From the NCBI GenBank assembly GCA_008369845.1, contig MRSU01008806.1, positions 1-37,166 on the forward strand: a stretch of 37,166 nucleotides of DNA. Direction: 5' to 3'. The position numbers and the translations under genes are program-made. The first letter of the stretch is position 1. Each line of letters begins with the position of its first letter. Source of the DNA: Trichomonas gallinae (lineage: Eukaryota). The notes under the pieces are model-generated. The model was not told the origin of the DNA, searched no databases, and saw only the letters and a program-made list of their open reading frames with translations. Shown in pieces: positions 21,279-31,926 of this stretch.

Positions 21279-22335
21279 TTGAATTTTATTTTTGTCAATT
21301 TTGTGAAAATTTTATTTATCTTTATTTGGCTTTGTTTAAAGATAAGGAGCTCAAATACCAAAAATCTCAAGTTTTATGTATTTTATTTGTCACGTTTTTG
21401 TGCTCAATTTTATGGTTTTTATAATTCACCAAAATCCATCATCCTTATCTATTTTTAATTATATAACTATAAATAAAATCATTTTTTATTATTTTTGTTG
21501 TATTTTTCTGCTGATGTTTTTGAATAAATTATAAATCTATAAATTATATAATTTAATGATTTATATAATAACAAAAATAAAATGTTTTCTATTTTTTTAT
21601 TATTTTATTAAAAAATTAGCTTCTAATAAATGTATCATTTAATATTTTAATAAAATAAGGAACTTTTATATTTTGTAAAGTCTAAGGCTTTTGAGAAGAA
21701 TAAAAATACATATGGCGTATGTAATAAAACATCTAAATACATCAAAATATTTTATTCTAGTGACTTTTTTTCTTTCTAAACAAAAAATAATCGAAAATTT
21801 ATATGTTATAATTGATAATATATTTAAGTATCACAAAATATTTTAAAAATTATCAAAAATTTGTTTTATTCAAAAATAATCCAAAATTACAATAATATTG
21901 TTGGCGCTAAATTGATTTTTATCAAAAATAGATAAATTTTTATAAGTGGTTCGACTTTTTGAATCGAAAAGATTACGATAATCGATGAATGACGGAAATC
22001 ACAGTTTAAATATCATAAAAGTATTAAAAAATGCGACTTTTTAAAAATTTTCATCGATCAAATTCATAAACGGAACAGTTAAGACCAGTTACGCACAATG
22101 ACTTCGAAAACATCCCTTAAATAAGAGTTGAATCAAATGTTAAACCACTCCATTGTTGTAAAAAAATTTTTTTTTACAAATTTTTTCCTAAAATCAACTT
22201 TCAACATTTTTCTCATACACAAATATTATATATAACTATAACATATCATAATTTTTCTATCCAAAAACCAAAAATCGCTAATTTTATCATAATTTATTAT
22301 AAAAAGTAATAGAATTATTGATATTTACTTCACAT

Positions 22336-23748
22336 TTAAGCAATTGACTTGAAATCATTTTCGATTGACTTGCATATAGCCGTAAATTCTTCCTGATCTC
22401 CGCTGTTAAGAACAAGAGTGACGAGGATTTCTTTTTCACCAGTGAATCTTGTCTTAATAGTAATATCGAGCTTCTTTTCGACGTTTCTCGCGTAGAATAA
22501 CATTTCGTTCGGGAAGAACCATCTGAATCCCGAATTTGTCAATGTTGTTTGGATAGATGTGTTAAGTTTTGGAATTGGGTAGCTGAGTTTTTCAATCTTG
22601 TATTCAGCAAGATTTGGTAACTTGCTTGCCTTTTCGAATGTTAATCCATCTTGGCTCCTTAAAAGATTTGTAACTGGAGCACACGAGAAACCTGGCTGAT
22701 CGCCCCACTTGAGCATATCAAAGCTGATGAAATGCGAAACAAGCATAAGGAAAGCTTTTCCAACTGTGTGATGATCAGCAGCAAGCGACTCCTTGACTTC
22801 ATCCTCAGTGAAACCGACCTGTATGAGCAAGTCGATGAGTGTTGGATCGACTTTCGTGATGTCAATCGGTTCTTCGATAATCGGGGATGGTAATGGAACA
22901 GGAACAATGTAGTTTTGAGGTAAGAGAAGGCGGAAAGCTGGGTGTTCCTTGATCTCTGCGATTGTGATACGCTGTGCTGGATCAACTGTAAGCATTCTTC
23001 TGATGATATCTTGGATTGCTGGTGGGAAATCTGGCATCTTGAAGTCGGCTGTCTTAATCTTGATCAACAAGTTCTTCAATGACGTGTCTTCGAATGGCCT
23101 ACGACCAGTTAATAATGTATACAAAACAACACCTAAGCTCCAGACGTCAGCTGCCTTGCCATCGTACGGCTCAGCCTTGATAACTTCTGGTGCAGCGTAG
23201 TGTGGTGATCCGCAAGATGTTTCTGCAGCAGAGGACTTCAGGAATCTCGCGAATCCGAAATCCGCAATCTTGATGTTGTCATTTTCGTCGAGGAGGATGT
23301 TCTCCGGCTTGATGTCTCTGTGACAGATATCATGGCAGTGAAGGAAGTCGAGACCATAAATAAGTTGCCTGAAGAATTGAAGGGTTAAAGCAGCTCCTGG
23401 CGGTCCTCTCTCGAGGAGGAAGTCGAAGAGTTCGCCGTGAGAACCCAATTCTGTGATTATGTATACGTTTTTCTCAGATTCAAGCATGTCTATGAATCTG
23501 AGCAAGTAAGGATGCTTTAAGATTCTCATGAGAACAATCTCACGCTGGAGCTTGACTTGAAGGTCTGGCTTTTGTTCGAAGAGTTTCTTTTTCATAATCT
23601 TGATCGCAACTTTTTCTCCCGTGACTTTATTCTTGCCGAGTTTGACTTTCGCAGATGATCCAACACCAATAGTATTAAGAATGAGGAAGTCTCCGATGGT
23701 TGGAGCGTTTTCCTCGTTCGAAGGGTTGTTAATTGCCGCTTCACACAT
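22336..23748 (-). CDS. AMPK-related CAMK-group kinase (BRSK/SAD/Nim1-like) with UBA-like and probable KA1-like regions
   Basis: GVGSSAKV, VAIK, HRDIKPEN, DFG, ETSCGSPHYAAPE, YDG..ADVWSLG; LIQVGF UBA-like segment. TCACTTTT initiator at 23763-23756 supports ATG 23748 over GTG 23769. Confidence 0.93.
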   Translation of the reverse strand: MCEAAINNPSNEENAPTIGDFLILNTIGVGSSAKVKLGKNKVTGEKVAIKIMKKKLFEQKPDLQVKLQREIVLMRILKHPYLLRFIDMLESEKNVYIITELGSHGELFDFLLERGPPGAALTLQFFRQLIYGLDFLHCHDICHRDIKPENILLDENDNIKIADFGFARFLKSSAAETSCGSPHYAAPEVIKAEPYDGKAADVWSLGVVLYTLLTGRRPFEDTSLKNLLIKIKTADFKMPDFPPAIQDIIRRMLTVDPAQRITIAEIKEHPAFRLLLPQNYIVPVPLPSPIIEEPIDITKVDPTLIDLLIQVGFTEDEVKESLAADHHTVGKAFLMLVSHFISFDMLKWGDQPGFSCAPVTNLLRSQDGLTFEKASKLPNLAEYKIEKLSYPIPKLNTSIQTTLTNSGFRWFFPNEMLFYARNVEKKLDITIKTRFTGEKEILVTLVLNSGDQEEFTAICKSIENDFKSIA

Positions 23749-24576
23749 TTTTTGGAAAAGTGACAACACCGATCAGATTTTGAATGATGAAAAAATTATC
23801 AATTTGAAAACAAGATTGGCCGAAACGGCAAATCCTTATATGCATGAATGGTACTTAAGACTTTTATTTTTCTCATTGTTTTTGGAAGGTGTTAAAATTA
23901 TGTGATGTGTATTAGTTGCAGCTATCTTATCTTGGATTTCACTTTACTTCGGCGAGATTTTAAGTTTTAAAAAATTTGCCATATTTTGATAACAAAATGA
24001 CATGTAAAAATTCAATGTGACATTTTCTGTCTTGTAATTACTTTATACGACAAAATTAACAATAATAGTATCAAATCAGCAAATTAACATTAATAACAGA
24101 ATGTTATGTTATCTAAATAACTAAGGATGCTGATTTCGAAGACATAGTAACAAAAATTAATCAAAATATATACCATATGCTATAGCTCGGCAATAGGGAC
24201 GCTGTATAGTCAATTTACTGCATAGTAAATACTTTTATTCTCTTAAATGGATCCATTTCATAAATCACAATTTTTAATTTTTCTAAAGTCATATTATCTT
24301 TAAAATAATGAATAAAAAAGCATCATATATTATTGGAATTATTTGAATTGTTTACGTTTCTCAACTTATGTTGAGATCTCATGTAAGATATGGCGAGCAT
24401 ATATATTTTGAAAATAATCTGAGTTATATGAATTTTTTTGAAAGAGTTATCATTAATTTTCACTTTTTGAATAGATAAATTCAAATATCCAAAAAGAGGA
24501 AATATAATACCATTGTTTTACATAGTAATTTTTCGGAAAAACATAATTATTTTTTTGGAGAAAAAGAATCAAAAAA

Positions 24577-25923
24577 ATGTCGTGTGACCATAATCTAAAT
24601 ATTGTTATTTTTCCTTTGATTTTCATGTATCTATATGGCATACACATGGGGAAAGAATGCCTACTATTGGGAGGTGAGTTAGACTTCATTTTAAGTCATA
24701 CTAAATATATTCGTGATCCAATAACGGTGAACCAATGTCCTTCACATGAAGTAGAAGTGATAGAAGTTGATATTAAGAACAAAGAACCATATAAAGATGT
24801 TGGATATTACTTCACTGATGAAACAGAAAAGTTAGTTTATTGGTGGTTTCATTATTCGGTAACATGTGGATCAGATTATGTATTTGGACCGCCATTATTA
24901 GGTTCGAAAACATTCTTAGATTGGACAAATAGAATTAACTGTAAATTCACGATGTTCAAAAATGCATATATTTCGCCATTATCAACAATTTTTACAAATC
25001 AGTATTTTATTAGACCAGTCAATACTACGGCTCCTGGCCATGTTTATGAAATGACTAAAGGACGCGTAGTTGGCGTTGAACCATTTGTTATATCTTGCGC
25101 TATCTATTATGTTCAACTCAATTATTATCATACAATGCTTGATGGCATTTCTCCAATATTGTTGGTTCCAGAAATATACAGAAAGAAAGCGAAAATACTA
25201 TTTCCACGTTTGCAGGATTATCAAAGAGAATTTTTTGTTACCCTTGATTTGATTGATCAAGTCATTGAGCTGAACGGTGATGAATTTATTTATGCATATA
25301 GAGCCATTATTCCAACTCATCCTAGAACACATTTTGTACACTTTGGACCAGGACTTAAAAACATAAGCGAGTACTTAAGAAACAAACTTAACGTTTCACA
25401 TATTGTACCAACCAAGTATAAATTCATGAATAGACCAGTAGGAACAAGCAGACGCATTCCAAATGGAGAAGAACTCTTCGAAGCTCTCAAGAAAAACATT
25501 CCTGATATTCCGTGGATTTTGGAAGAAGATAAAGCCAAAGGATCAATTCAATTCGCAGCAGCATCTCATGCCGAAACTCTTTTTATGATCACAATCCCTG
25601 GAGCGAACGCTCTGAAGACAATATTCCGCCCTCCAGGAACTGTGATCGTCTTTGTTAACACAGATTCGTGGGACTATGGAATCTACTTACCTGCAACATC
25701 AATTGGACAAAAGATTGTCTGGTTCATGACGAAAGATTGGAAGCACACTGGAAAACCAATTGATATTGATCCAAAGAGATTTGTTGAAGCGTGCTCTGTT
25801 GGTGTTCAGTATCTTAAAGATGGTCACTGGCCTGAGCCTAAAGAAAATGCATTCATCGATTACTATGAACCAAATCATTACGCTTTACCGACAAAACGAT
25901 TTGGTCCTAATAGATGTTATTAA
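24577..25923 (+). CDS. Putative glycosyltransferase, GT61/DUF563-like, type II membrane protein
   Basis: N-terminal hydrophobic anchor; NYYH motif, NR....RRI.N segment and PGANALKTIFRPPGTVIV resembling the GT61 HGA...FMPPG motif. Confidence 0.7.
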   Translation: MSCDHNLNIVIFPLIFMYLYGIHMGKECLLLGGELDFILSHTKYIRDPITVNQCPSHEVEVIEVDIKNKEPYKDVGYYFTDETEKLVYWWFHYSVTCGSDYVFGPPLLGSKTFLDWTNRINCKFTMFKNAYISPLSTIFTNQYFIRPVNTTAPGHVYEMTKGRVVGVEPFVISCAIYYVQLNYYHTMLDGISPILLVPEIYRKKAKILFPRLQDYQREFFVTLDLIDQVIELNGDEFIYAYRAIIPTHPRTHFVHFGPGLKNISEYLRNKLNVSHIVPTKYKFMNRPVGTSRRIPNGEELFEALKKNIPDIPWILEEDKAKGSIQFAAASHAETLFMITIPGANALKTIFRPPGTVIVFVNTDSWDYGIYLPATSIGQKIVWFMTKDWKHTGKPIDIDPKRFVEACSVGVQYLKDGHWPEPKENAFIDYYEPNHYALPTKRFGPNRCY

Positions 25924-26108
25924 ATTATATTGAGTATTAATAAATGTTATATATAGAGTTTTTGTCAAGAATAGTTATTACTTAGAATATTCATATTAAA
26001 CATAGTCATATCATCAATGATTTTTGACCCCTTTCAACAAACGAAATATAAAAACAAATAGTTTCCATAGTAAAATCTAAATTCATGAGATAACCAAATA
26101 AGGAAGTT

Positions 26109-28637
26109 TTATTTCAGTATGGTAATCGGAATAACAATGATATAAATATTGATATGAGATGGATTTTCAACACATGTGTGAAATTTAGCAGCATTTTCAA
26201 TGAACATTTTGCAGACTTGATCAAGACCAAATTTAACGCGGATGTTGCAGAATGTTGAGAATGGATATGAGCTGTCAACATAGATTGACTTCTGAATGCG
26301 CTGGATAACTGAGATTGTGACTTCATCTGAACAATCTTCGCTACCACTGTAGAATATACATAGGTGGATGTACGCAAAAGAGCCACTGACCATCTTGATG
26401 TCTGAGTTAGACAAGTTCAGTGTCTCGATGCTCAAGCATCGCTTGAATGCCTCATTGTTGACTGTGCATCCTGGAAGACTCACGATTCTCAGAAGCTCGT
26501 TATATGCGAATGCGAATGCATCAATCGCTGTGCTGTCTTCTTTGATGATGATTGATGTTATCGACAAGTTGAAGAAAGAGTAGTCACCAATCATCGAACC
26601 TCCTCGAATCGTGATATTTCCAGAAAGTTTTGTTCCATAGAATGCATGACTTCCAACTCCGACGCAGTTCTCTATATTGGGGAATCTCGACATAGAAGAA
26701 CAATTACAGAACGCGTAGCTTCCAATATTATTCAAATTTGGAACTGTTATTGATTCCAAACTAGTGCAACCATAAAATGTATAGTCTTTGATTCTCTTTA
26801 ACTTTTGGAAGGCAATAGTTGAGATCTTATGGCAGTTATAGAAGGCATAGCAGCCTAAACTTGTCACTGAAGGAATGGTAACTTGAGATAACTCGATACA
26901 ATCATACAAAACTTTAGCACCAGCAATAGATAACTCTTGAAAATCAATGCTTGTGATTTTGCTGCAACCATAAAATGCACAGTTGCCAACACATTTAAGC
27001 TGTTTAAAACTAAATCTTTTTAAATTTGTGCACATGAAAAAAGAATATGAACCAACACTTGTTAATTCATCAAATATTAGATTATCAATTAATGAACAAC
27101 CTGAGAATACTCCGCTTTCTATATTATTTAAACTAGGAGCACTCATTGTTGGTATATTGCTATTGTTAAGAAATGATTCATTTCCGAGAAATGTTAATTC
27201 AGGAAATTCAAGATTATTCATCAAATTTGTAGCAGCGAATGCTCTACGTTCTACTCTTGTTAGTTTCGGTGCAATTAATGTATTTAAGTTTTCGCAGTTT
27301 TCGAATGCACTCTCATTGATTGTTTGGAGATGTGGCAGATTTAATATTTGAATATTGGTTGAATAAAATGATCTAGCGCCAAAAGATTCTAATTTTGGAA
27401 AATTCACCGTTGCTAATTTTTCACATGAATCGAATGCGTAATCCTCAACAATTCGAAGTTCTTTCAAATCAAGTTCCTGCAAATATTTACAATTTTTAAA
27501 TGCTGATTCTCTTATTACTTGGACTTTTGGTAAATAAATATTTTTAATAGGATATCCGGACATTGCGCTTACATTGATTTCTATTGTAGAAGGCAAGAAT
27601 ACATTTGTTGTTATATACATAATAAGTTCATTAAGTATTGATTGATTAAAAATTGTAAGATTTTCAACTCTAAGATTTGTGTAATCGTCTTCAAAAACTA
27701 AACTTGCATTTGAATAATCTATCTGATTTATGAATAAATTATCCACAATTGTATGGTCAAAAGCATCTTTTCCTACATACGTTAGGTTGCCAAGAGTGAG
27801 CTTACTTATTTGCTTATTTTTAAGGCTATTTTCAGCAATTTTTCCAACTTTTGGCGCATACAATTCATCAATTTTAACAGAATCATCCCAAAATACACGA
27901 TTTAATGTTTCTAATTCAGGAAAGAACAGAATTCCAAAACTGTAACAGTTTGTAAATGCGAATTTATCAATTGTTTTGAGTAAAGTTGCTGAAATATTAA
28001 ATTTACAGTCATAATATCTTCTGGAATCGTAAAAAAAGTTATATAACTGGACTAAAGAAGGAAAATTATAATGATTCACATGCTCCCATTTGAAAAAGCT
28101 ATTAAAATATTTATTATTTATTGTAAGATTATTTATATAGCAATTATAAAATAAATTGTCACGGTTATCAATCAGCATACCTACATAAATCGATTCAATA
28201 TTATATTTATCAACATTTGGTTCTATTTCAGAAAATGTGTCAATTATGAAAAGATCATATGTTCCATCAAATGAAAATGCATTGCCACTGGACGTTATAT
28301 TTTCAAAATATGCATTTTTCAATGATTCACATCGACTGAAAGCAAAAGCTGATATAGAAACAGTTCCAAAACATTTAATATATTCAATTCCGGATCCATC
28401 AAAGGATTGATATCCAATTGATGAGATGCTCTCAGAGATCTCAACTTTCTTTAAATGCTTGCATCTCTTGAAGCATCTATCTCCGATAGTATTGTTTGGG
28501 CCATCAACTCTAATTTCAGTAAATGATTGATCAAGTGTACAAGCACCATCCTTATAGTATTGGTAAGCATTATAACTATCAATTAATACATATTCACAAT
28601 GTAATTTTTTGAAAAAGTTAAACGAAAGTAAAAAACT
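26109..28637 (-). CDS. BspA-like (TpLRR) surface protein; start codon unresolved
   Basis: Many LxxIGxxAFxxCxxLxxI repeats in an uninterrupted frame of >840 codons; first in-frame ATG only at 28178; 5' coordinate set at the start of similarity with the paralogue. Confidence 0.85.
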   Translation of the reverse strand, partial: SFLLSFNFFKKLHCEYVLIDSYNAYQYYKDGACTLDQSFTEIRVDGPNNTIGDRCFKRCKHLKKVEISESISSIGYQSFDGSGIEYIKCFGTVSISAFAFSRCESLKNAYFENITSSGNAFSFDGTYDLFIIDTFSEIEPNVDKYNIESIYVGMLIDNRDNLFYNCYINNLTINNKYFNSFFKWEHVNHYNFPSLVQLYNFFYDSRRYYDCKFNISATLLKTIDKFAFTNCYSFGILFFPELETLNRVFWDDSVKIDELYAPKVGKIAENSLKNKQISKLTLGNLTYVGKDAFDHTIVDNLFINQIDYSNASLVFEDDYTNLRVENLTIFNQSILNELIMYITTNVFLPSTIEINVSAMSGYPIKNIYLPKVQVIRESAFKNCKYLQELDLKELRIVEDYAFDSCEKLATVNFPKLESFGARSFYSTNIQILNLPHLQTINESAFENCENLNTLIAPKLTRVERRAFAATNLMNNLEFPELTFLGNESFLNNSNIPTMSAPSLNNIESGVFSGCSLIDNLIFDELTSVGSYSFFMCTNLKRFSFKQLKCVGNCAFYGCSKITSIDFQELSIAGAKVLYDCIELSQVTIPSVTSLGCYAFYNCHKISTIAFQKLKRIKDYTFYGCTSLESITVPNLNNIGSYAFCNCSSMSRFPNIENCVGVGSHAFYGTKLSGNITIRGGSMIGDYSFFNLSITSIIIKEDSTAIDAFAFAYNELLRIVSLPGCTVNNEAFKRCLSIETLNLSNSDIKMVSGSFAYIHLCIFYSGSEDCSDEVTISVIQRIQKSIYVDSSYPFSTFCNIRVKFGLDQVCKMFIENAAKFHTCVENPSHINIYIIVIPITILK

Positions 28638-28643
28638 TTTGAG

Positions 28644-28666
28644 ATTATGACAAACTGACGTCAAAA
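28644..28666 (-). promoter_or_regulatory. Conserved upstream element TTTTGACGTCAGTTTGTCATAAT
   Basis: Nearly identical to 35338-35361 upstream of the paralogous BspA-like frame; contains palindrome TGACGTCA (28656-28663). Confidence 0.55.
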
Positions 28667-30790
28667 CCTGGCAAATTTTAGTATTTACAGTTGTTCATCA
28701 TTCACTAATATATTCTTTCAAAATGACAATTGTTACACTAATTTACGAGTAAACTTCAGAATTCCATTTAAGATTAATCTTGATTAACTTCAAGATTTTC
28801 ATCAAAAACAATTATTTTTGCATATGTTTGCTTGATAAACTGGATTCATAGCTTACAGTTTTCCTATGTCAACTATTCAAATAAGAATACATTAAAGACA
28901 TTGCTTAAATACGTTAAATAGTTTTCACCATCTACAGGCTTTATTCAATTATTAACATTTCGATCATTCTTAAAAGCTCGAACGAAAACAAATACAATTA
29001 TCCCATACAATGAACATCTTTATCGACTTTTGATGATCAATTACTATTGAAAATAAAATATATTTGATTTTCCACAAATCAAACTTTGGAATTGAATAGA
29101 ATGATTTGAAATCATCATATAATAAAATACATAAACTCTGCGCAATCATTACCAACACAGATGATCTTTTTCACATTTTTATCAGACGAAAAAGAATCAC
29201 TGTTGATCAATGATGCTCTATTCAAATATTCTAACTATGAGAATTTACATCTATTGACTGAAAAGATCTCAAAACCGAAGTAATGTTATTGAGTAATTAA
29301 AAAAGTTGAAAAATCGTAGTTTTATTAATGTAAATATATTTACTCATGCATTGTTTGTAAATGTTTGTATTATTAGTTATATGAAAAAGCATTTTTCGTG
29401 AATTTTGATTTGGATTAACAGCAATCTATATGAGTTATCGACTCAATTAGCAGTAATATGTTTCTAAATCTGTTAAGAGTTCAACAGTCAATATTATAAG
29501 TCGTGTTATCGATTTAACGATCGGAATTGAATTTGTAATTCCATGGAAAGTAATTTGTTCAGAGTCGGATATTCATACTCGATCTGTGTAGGCTGTTTCA
29601 GCATTATTGGTTGGGATTTATTTTTTCATGAGATTATAATTGAAATCAACATAGTAAGATACTAAAATCTTTGAAGGCAAATCAAATTGATAATTTCGAT
29701 GAATGATTATCAAGATAAACTTCTATATACTAGTAAGAATTACCTATAGCTCAATCAATACGCAAAAATATTGGAAAGATCACAACCATATCTTGGCTTA
29801 GCTCATACACAGCTGTAATGCTTGTTTTTGTAGTTGTATATACTGTTCAAAATGTGCGTTTATTATTATTCCGATATTCTGGGATAAAATTAAATTTTTC
29901 TCACTGAATATCGAAGATTTTTTTTGAAATAATACGATAGCACTTGATCTTATATGCATCTGTTAACCGAGTATGCGAATTTTTACTCAACTCTATTCTA
30001 GTAAAACCCTATATTGTTTCATAAGTCAGGTCTGAGAAGTGACAATTTTTTCATTAAATTATTCAATGAGAGTTATCAAATTTTTGGCAAAACCGACTTA
30101 TGGAACGCTTTTATGTTCTCAGAAATACAATACTCACGCGAAGTGCTACGAAAAACATACAGCAACGAAGCTACAACCAACACAAAGATTTTTAGCAGTT
30201 GCATCGTACTTCATTGAGTACAAAATAGAGGGGGAAAAGCAAAAAAATTTGAATGTTTAAGATATGGATTTTTTGGTTTTTCTGTATCTCTGCATTATAC
30301 AGTATCTATATCCAGCTTTTAGATTTTTCACGTATCTGATGATTTTGAAGTTTGGCCATTAGGCTTTTACTAATTTTTTTATCGTAAATTATTAATACTA
30401 TATAGTTAACACAAAAAAAAAAAAAAATAAATAAATAAAAAAAAATTATCAATTCTGACAACACATGAATTATTTTTTGAAACCATAAATCGTAGAGATA
30501 TAGCTTCCCTATAAGCTATATATAATATGGTATAATTTTAGAGTCTCGATTTAACTTTCATTTGGAACACAATTTAAAATTTGGGACATCTCACTTTTCA
30601 GCATCCTTACATTATTAATTATTAAACCATGTATATTCATAAATTTGAAAAAAATTGAATTACTAATCAGCGTTTTGGCACTTTTTGCGAATCACTTGAT
30701 TAAAATATTGTTATTATTATAATATTTCATATTAATTTTTCATTATATTTTGGTAGAAAAATTCTAAAAAAAAAATCAATTGGTGAAAAA

Positions 30791-31750
30791 ATGCTTATAT
30801 CTCGTTCATTATCAATCTTAATTGTAATTTTCAGCATGATTATGTGTGGGTACAGCTATGATCGGAATCTAAAAGCAATAGTAGCAGTAAAACGCTTCCC
30901 AACATTATTTTATGGATTTCTGACAAGACCTATTTCATTAAATCGGCATATACATTTGTTAAACACATGGCTTGATCGCGTTTACTTTCCCCATACTTAT
31001 GCGTTCATGTGCGAAAAGCCAGAAAAATTCAATTCTTTAGCGAAGCAACGCCATCAAAATGTTGCTTTTATTCCACCAGCAGAAGATCTTTTAGCTTTAA
31101 AATCTAAAACAAATGACTGGCTGAAACCACATCAAGATATGGCTGCAAGAAGATTAACTGGTATGAGATATTTTCTGTATAACACGACGAATGATTATTA
31201 TTGGTCGATTTGCGATGATATTCCTGTTGATTATGATTCTATTTATAGACTTTTAAATTATCTAAGTATAAGATATGATGCGCATAAAGATTATGTATTT
31301 ATTGGGCATTGGATGCGAGCCTTTCTTCAGGGTGGAGTTGGGTTCATAATGTCAAGAAAGGCAGCAGAAGATCTCGTGAATCGAGGACATGAGTTTATTA
31401 GTAACATGAAAAAAGAAGATGATGTTGAATTTGAACAATATAGACATTGGTTAGGTCTTTCAGTTGAACAAGTCATGTGTCCATTCATGTTTGGTGAGGA
31501 ACCTACAATGTTTGAGAGGGATTTTCATAAGAAAAATTATCCAAATTGCACGAAAAATAAACCTCATTGGAGTCCTAATTATAAAATAATAGATTTGATA
31601 GCTCTTCATGCAAGATATTTGAACGGGGATCAGGTTTTAGATAACTTAATAAAGGCTAAGAAGGAAAGAAATGATTTATATTATTATCAATATGGAACTG
31701 AGTTAAAGTTCTGCGTTGGAGAGAAATATAATAATCATGATTTTGAATAA
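30791..31750 (+). CDS. Putative glycosyltransferase, GT31/Fringe/core-1 galactosyltransferase-like
   Basis: N-terminal membrane anchor; DYYWSICDD (DD/DxD motif), FLQGGVGFIMSRKA and EDDV motifs. Confidence 0.75.
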   Translation: MLISRSLSILIVIFSMIMCGYSYDRNLKAIVAVKRFPTLFYGFLTRPISLNRHIHLLNTWLDRVYFPHTYAFMCEKPEKFNSLAKQRHQNVAFIPPAEDLLALKSKTNDWLKPHQDMAARRLTGMRYFLYNTTNDYYWSICDDIPVDYDSIYRLLNYLSIRYDAHKDYVFIGHWMRAFLQGGVGFIMSRKAAEDLVNRGHEFISNMKKEDDVEFEQYRHWLGLSVEQVMCPFMFGEEPTMFERDFHKKNYPNCTKNKPHWSPNYKIIDLIALHARYLNGDQVLDNLIKAKKERNDLYYYQYGTELKFCVGEKYNNHDFE

Positions 31751-31926
31751 AATTGTTTGTCCATGCAAATCATCAATATTTATTGAACTGGCATTTAATA
31801 AGGTCTACAAGAAGAGTTATTAATATTCATGGATAAGTAATTAAGAGAAAATTCAAATTATTCACTTAGATGAATAATTTTTTTTTTTTTTAAAAAAAAA
31901 ACAACTCAGAGAAATTCAAATTATAA

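Noticed and set aside
28668..28688. Possible 21-nt intron GTAAATACTAAAATTTGCCAG supplying an upstream ATG to BspA-like gene 1
   Set aside because: Non-consensus signals, and splicing leaves the ATG in the wrong frame, ending at a TAA a few codons later; no equivalent in the paralogue.
29330..30260. Possible relic coding sequence (a frameshifted IHENAFSYN-like BspA fragment; short ORFs at 30014-30260)
   Set aside because: Too degraded to distinguish from chance by eye.
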